Positions 8,840-17,177 of a stretch of DNA of 64,000 nt are shown here, piece by piece. The position numbers and the translations under genes were made by a program. The stretch comes from Myxococcota bacterium (GTDB lineage: Bacteria > Myxococcota_A > UBA796 > CAJQPC01), in the NCBI GenBank assembly GCA_036012755.1, contig DASCPX010000183.1, positions 1 through 64,000 of the forward strand. Reading direction: 5' to 3'. How positions within the stretch are numbered: position 1 is the first letter of the stretch; the number at the start of each line of letters is the position of its first letter. The notes under the pieces were generated by a model, which was not told the DNA's origin, searched no databases, and was given only the letters and a program-made list of their open reading frames with translations.

Positions 8840-11127
8840 GGGTGCGGTCCCCGCCGTGCCTCCACCGCTCGCAGGATGGCCTCCGGCGTCGCCGGCAGCG
8901 CCAGCGAGACCTCGCCAGGCCCGAAGGAGGCGATGGCGTGGCGGAGGGCGTTCACCACGCTGATCGCCAGCAAGAACGGCGGCTCGCCCACAGCCTTGCT
9001 GCCGTGGACCACTCCGGGTCGCGGGGCGCCTTGGAGCAGCTTCACGTTGAACTCCTCTGGCACGTCACCGACCGCCGGCACCTTGTAGGTCGAGGGGCCG
9101 ATCGTGATGCAGGCGCCGGAGTCGTCGAAGAGCAGCTCCTCGCCTGTGAGCCAGCCCATGCCCTGGACGAAGCCTCCCTCGACCTGTCCTCGGTCGATGG
9201 TTGGGATCAGCGAGTCGCCGACGTCCTGGAGCACGTCGACCCGCCGCACGCGGTGCTCGCCGGTGAGACCGCAGACCTCGACCTCGCTCACCGCCATGCC
9301 GTAGGCGTAGTAGAAGAACGGGGTCCCTCGGCCGGAGGCGTGGTCGTAGCCCACCCCGGGGGTGGCGTAGAAGCCCATCGAGGACAGGGAGACCTGCCGC
9401 ACCCAGCAGGTCGTCGCCAGCTCCGCGAAGGCCAACGACGACGACGGCCCCGACACCTGGCCGTCCGCGAAGCGCAGCTCGCTCGGGGCGCAGTCGAGCA
9501 GCTCGGCCGCGACGGCGCTCATCCGCTCGCGCACCGCCTCGCAGGCGAGCCTCACCGCCTGGCCGTTGAGGTCCGAGCCCGAGGATGCGGCGGTGGGCGA
9601 GGTGTTCGGCACCTTGTCCGTGCGCGTCGGCATGTGGCGGATCGAGGAAGCCGGGAGCCCGAAGCTGTGAGCGCAGATCGCGATCATCTTCGTGTAGAGC
9701 CCCTGTCCCATCTCCGTGCCGCCGTGGCTCAGCTGCACGGTGCCGTCGGTGTAGACGAGCACCAGCGCCCCGGCCTGGTTCAGCAGGGAGGCGGTGAAGC
9801 TGATGCCGAACTTCAGCGGCACGACGCCGAGACCGCGACGGGTGAAGCGGCTCTGGGCGTTGAAGGCGTCGATGGCCTCTCGTCTCTTCGCGTAGTCCGA
9901 GGACTCCGACAGCTCCTCCCAGATCCTGTCGAGGCGGTTGAACTCCGCCGGGATTCGCTGGCCGTAGGGCGCCCGGTCGCGGGGGGCCTCGCCGTAGAAG
10001 TTGCGCCGGCGCAGCTCCGCGGGGTCCAGCCCCAGCGCTGTCGCGGCGCGCTCCATGACGTCCTCGACCACGACCACTCCCTGGGGTCCGCCGAAGCCGC
10101 GGAAGGCCGTGTTGCTCTTCTTGTTCGTCCGGCAGACCCGCCCCTCCAGCCGGAGGTGCTCGATGAAGTAGGCGTTGTCGGCATGAAAGAGCGCCCGGTC
10201 CATGATCGCGGTCGACAGATCGGCCACCCAGCCGCCGTCGCCGAAGAGCTCCGCGCGCAGGGCCACCAGCGTGCCGTCGCCGCTGAAGCCTGCCTCCCAG
10301 CGGGTCCAGAAGGGGTGGCGACCGCCGGTTACGCGCATGTCGGTGTCGCGGGGGAGCCAGACCTTCACCGGGCGGCCGGTCTTCCACGCGCCCAGCGCCG
10401 CGAGCACGCCGTAGTTCGTGGCCTGGGACTCCTTGCCGCCGAAGCCCCCGCCGACGCGCGGGACCTCGCAGGTGACCCGCGCCTGGGGCCAGCCCAGCAC
10501 GTGAGCGACCATCTTCTGGATCTCGGTGGGGTGCTGGGTCGAGGCCAGGACGCGGAGTCCGCCCTCCTCGATGAGCGCGAGCGCCGCCTGGGTCTCGAGG
10601 TAGAAGTGGTCCTGCCCACCAGAGGACGTCTCGCCGCTGAGCCGGAGCTCTGCTGTGGCCATGGCAGCCTCGAGGTCTCCGCGCTCGATGACGTGGAGCT
10701 CCGTCAGGAACTCCCCGGCCTCGATCGCTGCGCTGATGGAGAGCGTGGCGTCGAGGACCTCGTAGTCCACCTCGACGAGCTCCATCCCGGCGCGCACCGC
10801 CTCGTAGGTCTCCCCGCAGACCAGCGCGACAGCCTGGCCGCAGAAGTGGACCTCGTCCTCTGCCAGCACCGGCTCGTCGTGCACGATGGGCCCGATGCAG
10901 ACTCCTCCTGGGATGTCCTCTGCGAAGAGCACGGCGACGACACCCTCGACCTCGCGAGCGGCAGCGGCGTCCCGTCGAAGGACGCGAGCGTGGGCGTGGG
11001 GCGACTCGACGATGCCGCAGACGAGCATGCCGGGGGGCGCCGGGAGGTCGTCGACGTAGATGGCCGCGCCGGAGACGTGGAGCTCGGCGCTGTGGTGCGA
11101 GCCGGGTCGGTGCAGTGGGGAGCTCAA
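8824..11127 (-). CDS. xdhB: Xanthine dehydrogenase molybdopterin-binding subunit
   Basis: HSAELHVSG, QDHFYLE, GGGFGGKESQ, NTAFRGFGGPQG, SPTAASSGSD, SKAVGEPP; TTG start overlaps xdhA stop (TTGA). Confidence 0.93.
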   Translation of the reverse strand: MSSPLHRPGSHHSAELHVSGAAIYVDDLPAPPGMLVCGIVESPHAHARVLRRDAAAAREVEGVVAVLFAEDIPGGVCIGPIVHDEPVLAEDEVHFCGQAVALVCGETYEAVRAGMELVEVDYEVLDATLSISAAIEAGEFLTELHVIERGDLEAAMATAELRLSGETSSGGQDHFYLETQAALALIEEGGLRVLASTQHPTEIQKMVAHVLGWPQARVTCEVPRVGGGFGGKESQATNYGVLAALGAWKTGRPVKVWLPRDTDMRVTGGRHPFWTRWEAGFSGDGTLVALRAELFGDGGWVADLSTAIMDRALFHADNAYFIEHLRLEGRVCRTNKKSNTAFRGFGGPQGVVVVEDVMERAATALGLDPAELRRRNFYGEAPRDRAPYGQRIPAEFNRLDRIWEELSESSDYAKRREAIDAFNAQSRFTRRGLGVVPLKFGISFTASLLNQAGALVLVYTDGTVQLSHGGTEMGQGLYTKMIAICAHSFGLPASSIRHMPTRTDKVPNTSPTAASSGSDLNGQAVRLACEAVRERMSAVAAELLDCAPSELRFADGQVSGPSSSLAFAELATTCWVRQVSLSSMGFYATPGVGYDHASGRGTPFFYYAYGMAVSEVEVCGLTGEHRVRRVDVLQDVGDSLIPTIDRGQVEGGFVQGMGWLTGEELLFDDSGACITIGPSTYKVPAVGDVPEEFNVKLLQGAPRPGVVHGSKAVGEPPFLLAISVVNALRHAIASFGPGEVSLALPATPEAILRAVEARRGPHPQGAC

Positions 11128-12521
11128 GGGACCACCGTGCCGGAGTGGCCTACGGGCAGGGTCGGCACGCGCTCCTCGATGGTCTCGAGGAAGAAGCCCA
11201 GGGCGAGGTTTCGGGCCACCGTCTCCCGGTACCAGGCGGAGCCGCGGTGATCCGAGATCGGGCTGAAGTCCTCTCGCAGGACCTCGGCCGAAGCCAGGAC
11301 GCGGTCCTCGGTCCAGGGCCGCCCCACGAGCGCCTCCTCGAAGCGATGAGCACGACGCGTCGTCGCCGCCATGCCACCGAAGGCAACCCGCGCCGAGCGC
11401 ACGACCTGGTCCTCGACGACGACGTTGAAGCCGGCGCTGACCGCCGAGATGTCCAGCTCGCGGCGCTTGCTGACCTTGTACGCGGCGAGCCGTGCCCGGG
11501 GGTCGGGGCGGGGGATGTCTACTCGCAGCAGCACCTCGCCTGCTCGCAGCTCGGTCTGGCGATAGCCCAGGAAGAACTTGGAGATCGGCACGTGCCTGGC
11601 CCCAGCCGCGTTGCCGAGCACCACCACCGCATCCAGCGCCATCAGGACCGGGGCCAGGTCGCCGATGGGAGAGGCGTTGCAGAGGTTGCCGCCGACGGTG
11701 GCGCGGTGCTTGATCTGGCGGCTCGCGAAGTAGCGGAGCGAACGCGCCAGGACCGGCAGCTCCGGCGCCGCCCAGGCCTCCAGATCGGTCAGGCGCACAC
11801 AGGCCCCGACGCGGAAGCCGCCGAACTCCACCTCGAGGACGCGCAGCTCCGGGACGGCCTCCAGGGAGACCAGGCAGGGCCAGCTCCGGCCTTCCCTGTT
11901 CACCTCGAGCCCGAGGTCGGTCCCCCCCGAGACGAGGCGATGATCCGGGTAGGCGTCGAGCACGCTCCACAGCGCCGGCAGCGAGCGGGGCTGTTCGAAG
12001 CGCTCGCCGTCGATCTCGAAGGAGCTGGTGCGCTCCATGACCGCTGTCTCGCCCTCCAGTCCATCGGCCGGATGGGTCCCGGCCACCGCGCGCAGGGCCT
12101 CTCGGATGGGCCGATAGCCGGTGCAGCGGCAGAGGTTGCCGCAGATCTGGTCGTCGAGCTCCGCGGCCCCGAGGTCGTCGCGGTGGCAGGCCTCGACCAG
12201 GCTCATCACGAAGCCGGGGGTGCAGTAGCCGCACTGGGAGCCGAGGGCTTCGACCAGGGCTCTCTGCGCCGGGTGGTCGCCGCCGAGGCCCTCGATGGTC
12301 CACACCTCGAGGCCCTCGAGGGCAGCGACGAGCTGCAAGCAGGAGTTCACCGTGCGCAGCCTCCTGCCGTCGCGCACGAGCACGGTGCAGGCGCCGCAGT
12401 CACCCTCCGCGCAGCCCTCCTTCGTGCCGACGAGCCCCTCGCTGCGCAGCCACGGCAACAAGGTCGCGCTCGGGCGCACCACTGTCGAGATCACTCGACC
12501 GTTCAAGCGGAAGCGGGTCAT
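11124..12521 (-). CDS. xdhA: Xanthine dehydrogenase small subunit (2Fe-2S + FAD)
   Basis: GTKEGCAEGDCGACTV, SQCGYCTPG, GNLCRCTGY, NASPIGD, YKVSKR. Confidence 0.93.
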   Translation of the reverse strand: MTRFRLNGRVISTVVRPSATLLPWLRSEGLVGTKEGCAEGDCGACTVLVRDGRRLRTVNSCLQLVAALEGLEVWTIEGLGGDHPAQRALVEALGSQCGYCTPGFVMSLVEACHRDDLGAAELDDQICGNLCRCTGYRPIREALRAVAGTHPADGLEGETAVMERTSSFEIDGERFEQPRSLPALWSVLDAYPDHRLVSGGTDLGLEVNREGRSWPCLVSLEAVPELRVLEVEFGGFRVGACVRLTDLEAWAAPELPVLARSLRYFASRQIKHRATVGGNLCNASPIGDLAPVLMALDAVVVLGNAAGARHVPISKFFLGYRQTELRAGEVLLRVDIPRPDPRARLAAYKVSKRRELDISAVSAGFNVVVEDQVVRSARVAFGGMAATTRRAHRFEEALVGRPWTEDRVLASAEVLREDFSPISDHRGSAWYRETVARNLALGFFLETIEERVPTLPVGHSGTVVP

Positions 12522-12583
12522 CGCCCGAAGACTACCGCTGTCGCGACGTCTCGGCGGAGAGGCGGTTCAGGTCCGGCCTCCGG

Positions 12584-14329
12584 TCACTGGCGCTCCGTGA
12601 TGAAGAAGTCCACCCGCCTGTTCTTGTCCCAGGCTTCCGGGACCTCTCGGTCATCGACCGGACGGGACTCTCCATAGCCCTCGGCGCGCAGGCGGGTTGC
12701 GTCGATACCGCCCTCGATGAGGTAGGCGCGGACCGCCTCGGCGCGCTCCTCCGAGAGCTGCTGGTTGAAGTCGTCGTCCGCCCGGCTGTCCGTGTGGCCC
12801 TCGATGCGGATGCCCAGGATCTCCGGGTGAGCCGCCAGCGTCGCGACCACGTCGTCGAGGAGTCCGAAGCTGTCGGGGAGGATGACGGCGTTCCCGGTCT
12901 CGAAGTAGATGCTCCCCCCGAGTTCGATGCGCTCCGCGGTCACCCGCACGGTCGTCGGCTTCAAGGTCAGGGCGACCGTGTGACTGAAGCCCACCTCGAC
13001 CGGGACCTCCTGGGAGTCGGGCAGGTGTCCGTCGGCGTAGCCGCTCACGGTGTAGGTGCCTGGCGGGATCCGGATCTTCTTCTCGGCACCCTGTGCCTCG
13101 CCGTCCAGAGCCCAGAAGGCGCCGGCCACGTCGTCGCCCTCTGGATCGAGCAGGAGCACCTTGATCGTGCCGAGGCCCTGCGGCCTGAGGTCTTCGGTGG
13201 CCTCCCAGGGCGGTCCGTTGGGCACCTCGATGAGGAAGCGGGCGGGCTGGAAACCCTCCGCGCGGGCCTCGACCAGGTGCTGGCCGGGCTCGAGGTTCTC
13301 GCCCCCTCCGTCGTGGATGGCGCCGTCGATTTTCACGGCCACCGCCGGGACCGGGATGCCCTCTGGATCCAGGAAGCGCACGGTGACCCACACGGGCTCG
13401 GGGCAGCCGTCCTCGTCGCGCCAGCCGTCGATGTCCTCTGGCACGTCGGGGCAGGGGTCGCGCTCGTCGGGGAGGCCGTCCTCGTCTCGATCGCTCACCT
13501 CTCGCGAGGGCTCGTAGGCGAAGACCCAGACCGCCCGCGCGCGCGGGACGCCGACTCCGCGGGAGAGGCCCTTGCCGACGCCGAGGCGCATCTGGAAGGC
13601 ATCGCCCAGGTAGAGGAAGCCGCTGCCGAGGGCCTCTGCCTGGAGGCTTCCGGGAGCCAGCACGCCGGGCTGGAAGGCGGTGTTGGCCTCCAGCGCCAGG
13701 CCGCCTTGTGTGGAGGGGAGCCAGGCGAGGCCTGCCCGGATCGCCAGCTGGTCGTCCTGGGCGAAGTTCTCCAGCTCGACGGTCGGCATGCCCCGCCAGG
13801 CCACGTTCAGGGCGAGGAGGTGGTGCTCCCAGCGCCGGTCGAGGATTGCCTGGAGCTCCCACCCGAGGCCGTCGTTGCCCAGGGCGTCGACCGTGGCGAT
13901 GGGGAGCACGACCCTGCCGCTCGCGGCGAGGCCCCAGGGTTTTTCGCCTTCGACGAGCGTCGCTTTCAGATCGAAGGCGAGGTCGCCCCGGCCATTGGAG
14001 CGGCCGGCTTCGCCGTCGACGTAGGCGTAGTAGGGCAGGGTGGTGCCGAGCCGGAAGCGACCCAGCGTGGTCGCCACGAGGGTGTCCTCGCGCTGGACGT
14101 GCTCGACCAGGGCCTGCGGGTCTCCGTCGACGCCGGTGTATGCCAGGGGCCGGTTGGCGTAGCTGACGAGCAGGCGGGCGTTGGTGTGGAGGAGCGGGCC
14201 GTGACCGGACTCGTCGACCGTCAGCATCCAGGGGTTGTCGACCGAGGGGCGGAAGACATCCGCGGTCAGGGGGGGCACCTCGCCGTCGGTGACGGGGTCT
14301 GCGAGCGCGAGGGCGACGAGCCACGTCAT
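12584..14329 (-). CDS. OmpA-family outer membrane protein with beta-barrel-like N-terminus and thrombospondin type 3 repeats (TraB-like architecture)
   Basis: MTWLVALALA signal; DRDEDGLPDERDPCPDVPEDIDGWRDEDGCPE; IEGHTD...NQQLSEERA...GYGE...NRRVDF OmpA domain; ATGA overlap with upstream gene. Confidence 0.88.
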   Translation of the reverse strand: MTWLVALALADPVTDGEVPPLTADVFRPSVDNPWMLTVDESGHGPLLHTNARLLVSYANRPLAYTGVDGDPQALVEHVQREDTLVATTLGRFRLGTTLPYYAYVDGEAGRSNGRGDLAFDLKATLVEGEKPWGLAASGRVVLPIATVDALGNDGLGWELQAILDRRWEHHLLALNVAWRGMPTVELENFAQDDQLAIRAGLAWLPSTQGGLALEANTAFQPGVLAPGSLQAEALGSGFLYLGDAFQMRLGVGKGLSRGVGVPRARAVWVFAYEPSREVSDRDEDGLPDERDPCPDVPEDIDGWRDEDGCPEPVWVTVRFLDPEGIPVPAVAVKIDGAIHDGGGENLEPGQHLVEARAEGFQPARFLIEVPNGPPWEATEDLRPQGLGTIKVLLLDPEGDDVAGAFWALDGEAQGAEKKIRIPPGTYTVSGYADGHLPDSQEVPVEVGFSHTVALTLKPTTVRVTAERIELGGSIYFETGNAVILPDSFGLLDDVVATLAAHPEILGIRIEGHTDSRADDDFNQQLSEERAEAVRAYLIEGGIDATRLRAEGYGESRPVDDREVPEAWDKNRRVDFFITERQ

Positions 14330-15198
14330 CGCCTTCTCCGCAGGGCGGCCAGCGCGAGCAGCGCGGCCCAGATGCCACCGCCACTCGAGGAGCAGCCGGT
14401 GCAGACACCGCCGGTGTAGCCGACGACGGTCCCGTCCTCGCGGCAGACGCTGAGCTGGTCGGGGACCACCAGCTCGAAGGTGGCCTCCTCCTGGGAGAAG
14501 GCGTAGAAGCCGAGGGGTCCGGCCGGGTGGTTGCCCTCGAGATCGAGGACCTCGAGCCCGTCGACGCTGACCGTGACCCGGGTCGAGGTCGCATCGACGA
14601 TGACGTCGTAGGTCGTCTGGGGGTCCCAGCCCTCGTCCGAGAGGTCGCCGAGGCCGGCGATCTCGGAGACCGTGTTCTCGTGGCACCAGAGGTCGCTGGT
14701 GTCGGCTGGTCCGTTGACGAGGCTTACGCTCAGCCCCTCGGTCGCGTAGCCGCAGACCTCTGACTCCCCGCTGCCCTTCCAGTCGAAGAGCAGGTAGCTG
14801 GCCTCGTCGGTGCGGGCCTCGTTGGGCTCCAGCCCGAGGGTCCAGCCCACGAAGCCGGTGCCGCTGGCGTCGTCGACCCGGATCGTGAACTCCATGGAGC
14901 CCTCGTCGACCATGACCTCCGTCGTGTACGCGCTGGGCGCGGCGTCGAGGAGCTGGGTGACGGTGCGCTTGTCGCTGGAGAAGAACCAGGCGGGCTCGGC
15001 CAGGCCCCAGTCGTCGTCGAAGCCCTGGTCGGTGACAACGGTCACGGGGTCCTGGTTGCACTTCCAGCCGTCCTCGACCCGACACACGGAGTCGCAGCCG
15101 TCGCCGTCGTCGAGGTTTCCGTCGTCGCAGAGCTCGATCGGGTTGTCGAGGATGCGGTCCCCGCAGACGGCCCAGGCGGTGGTCGACAACAGCAGCAC
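14326..15198 (-). CDS. Surface protein with Myxococcus Cys-rich repeat, lectin/TSP-C-like domain and MYXO-CTERM sorting signal
   Basis: CGDRILD...CDDGNLDDGDGCDSVCRVEDGWKC repeat; C-terminus GCSSSGGGIWAALLALAALRRRR. Confidence 0.85.
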   Translation of the reverse strand: MLLLSTTAWAVCGDRILDNPIELCDDGNLDDGDGCDSVCRVEDGWKCNQDPVTVVTDQGFDDDWGLAEPAWFFSSDKRTVTQLLDAAPSAYTTEVMVDEGSMEFTIRVDDASGTGFVGWTLGLEPNEARTDEASYLLFDWKGSGESEVCGYATEGLSVSLVNGPADTSDLWCHENTVSEIAGLGDLSDEGWDPQTTYDVIVDATSTRVTVSVDGLEVLDLEGNHPAGPLGFYAFSQEEATFELVVPDQLSVCREDGTVVGYTGGVCTGCSSSGGGIWAALLALAALRRRR

Positions 15199-17169
15199 CT
15201 ACAGGTCGACCTCGATCTCGTCCCCGTCTCTGTCGACCAGCAAGCTGACGCCTGGTCCGTCGTAGCTCTCCAGGATGAAGTTGGTCATCGTGTCGTCCCA
15301 GCCCGGCACCACCTGGGCCGGGTCGGTCCCGAAGATACGCAAGCCGGTGAGGGTGTCGCCCTCCTGGAGTCCCGCGGCCTCTGCGGAAGAGCCCTCGTCG
15401 ACTGCGTCCACGACCATGGCGCCGTCATCTGCGGTGGCGAGTCCGAAGCCGTGCGTGTCGAGCAGATCGGCGCCGCCGGTCTCCAGCTCTACGTCCCCCT
15501 GATTCTCTCCGTCGACCACCGTGACGCTCACCGTCTCGAAGGGGGAGGTCGAGACGAAGACGTCGTAGTCACCGTCGGGCAGGCCGTAGATCGTGAACCG
15601 GCCCTCGTTCCGGCTGATGCCGTTTCCCATGTTGGGCATCGTGCCGTCGAGGTCGTCTGGCATGTTCACGCCCATCTTCATGTTGCCGGACTCCACCGCG
15701 CTCACGGGCACGTTCGGCGCGCCCTCGCCGGTGAGGCCCTCGAGCACGAACCCCGTGATCTGCCCGCCCCCCTGCAGCTCGACGTCGCCGAGATCGATGA
15801 CCGCGTCGGAGATCAGGTGTGTGCCGAGGCTGCGCGTCGTGCCGCCGTTGCGAACATCCACCATCCAGCTTCCCGGGCGCAGCCCGACGTGAGAGAAGCT
15901 CCCGTCCTCCTCGCAGCGCACCATGCGCACCGCCGAGAGTCCGGCCACCAGGTCGGAGTTGGACGTGGGCAACCACACGGCGATCGCCTCGCACTCGGCC
16001 GGCTCCCCGTCGATCAAGACCCGGCCCATGACGCCGCCGCCGTAGCGGAAGTCGAGCCAGACCTCCGTGTCCGGTGGCTCGACGCGGACGGCCTCTGCGC
16101 TGGCGCGGACCGTGGCGACGCCCTCGGGGCAGCTGCAGACGACGGGATCCTCCTCGGGATTGCAGGGCTCGCCGAAGGGGAGCCAGGGGTGGGTGCACAT
16201 GATGAGCCCGACGTCCTGGCAGGAGTCCTCGGGCAGACCTGCGCAGTAGACCGTGACCTCGCGGGTGGGCAACAGCACGTAGTCGTGCTCGGCGTAGTCC
16301 TGATCGGCGCCGACGCGCACCACCGCGGTCTCGCTCTCGTAGCCTTCCTTGCTGGCGATCGTGAAGGACAGCGAGGCGGGGTTGACGAGCATCGAGAACA
16401 GCCCGTCCGGGCCCGTGCTGATGCTGTCGTGAGCGGCGTTGATCAGGGCCTCGTCGAGGGGCTCGCCCTCGCCGTCGGTGACGCTGCCCTCGAAGAGCAC
16501 TCCGTCGACCAGGCGCATCGTGATCTCCTGGGTGACCACCGTGTCGACGTCGTCGCGGTAGCCGAGGGGGTAGCCCTCCGCCCGCGCCTTCACCGTCGCC
16601 ACGCCGCAGCTGGTGGCCGGCAGCTGCGCGAGGCCATCCTCCGTCATGGCCTCTCCGGCGCCTCCCGTCCCCAGCTCGCTGAAGACGTAGACCTGGACCG
16701 TCGCCTCTGCCGGCGAGCCGTCCGGTAGCTCCACCCGGACATCAAGGGGGCAGGCGTAGGGCACCACGAAGACGAGGTCGTCCCGGTCCCCCCTCGCGAT
16801 GATCTCCTTGGGCCTGGAGGCCACGTCGTCGGGACGGATCTTCGCCGGCCCCTCGATCTCGAGGCCGAAGCTGCCGTCGTAGCCCGTGATGACCTCGGCC
16901 CGGACCTCGGAGGGTCCGAAGGCCTCGACGACCATCTCTTCGGCCGGGCTGCCGTCCGCGTAGACGAGCCGACCGGAGAGCGCGAGCGGGCCGGTGGGGG
17001 GCTCTTCCTCCAGGCGGGTGGTCCTCGCGGTGACGCGCTCGCGCTCCCGCAGCTCCGGCGCCGTCGGCTCCGCGTCCATCGCCTCGCCCCAGAGCCAGAT
17101 CATCGAGCCCACAGCCAGGATCCCGAGGAGCAGACAGGCGACGGCGACGTGCCAGATGCGCAGCTTCAT
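15199..17169 (-). CDS. Membrane-anchored protein with carboxypeptidase-regulatory-like beta-sandwich repeats and C-terminal PDZ-like domain
   Basis: N-terminal TM; repeated G.V...G.P / DG.F units; VDEGSSAEAAGLQEGD PDZ-like motif. Confidence 0.8.
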   Translation of the reverse strand: MKLRIWHVAVACLLLGILAVGSMIWLWGEAMDAEPTAPELRERERVTARTTRLEEEPPTGPLALSGRLVYADGSPAEEMVVEAFGPSEVRAEVITGYDGSFGLEIEGPAKIRPDDVASRPKEIIARGDRDDLVFVVPYACPLDVRVELPDGSPAEATVQVYVFSELGTGGAGEAMTEDGLAQLPATSCGVATVKARAEGYPLGYRDDVDTVVTQEITMRLVDGVLFEGSVTDGEGEPLDEALINAAHDSISTGPDGLFSMLVNPASLSFTIASKEGYESETAVVRVGADQDYAEHDYVLLPTREVTVYCAGLPEDSCQDVGLIMCTHPWLPFGEPCNPEEDPVVCSCPEGVATVRASAEAVRVEPPDTEVWLDFRYGGGVMGRVLIDGEPAECEAIAVWLPTSNSDLVAGLSAVRMVRCEEDGSFSHVGLRPGSWMVDVRNGGTTRSLGTHLISDAVIDLGDVELQGGGQITGFVLEGLTGEGAPNVPVSAVESGNMKMGVNMPDDLDGTMPNMGNGISRNEGRFTIYGLPDGDYDVFVSTSPFETVSVTVVDGENQGDVELETGGADLLDTHGFGLATADDGAMVVDAVDEGSSAEAAGLQEGDTLTGLRIFGTDPAQVVPGWDDTMTNFILESYDGPGVSLLVDRDGDEIEVDL

Positions 17170-17177
17170 GGGTGTTT

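Noticed and set aside
8809..11250. Long antisense and alternate-frame ORFs (e.g. 8809..11250+, 1610..3409-, 29362..31467-, 39966..41852+, 61954..63774+)
   Set aside because: Shadow ORFs of clearly identified genes, expected in high-GC DNA; Arg/Pro/Gly-rich or mirror composition with no motifs
8824..12303. xdhB as a 1159-aa protein or an xdhA-xdhB fusion
   Set aside because: The upstream extension is out-of-frame overlap with xdhA; similarity begins at the TTG overlapping the xdhA stop
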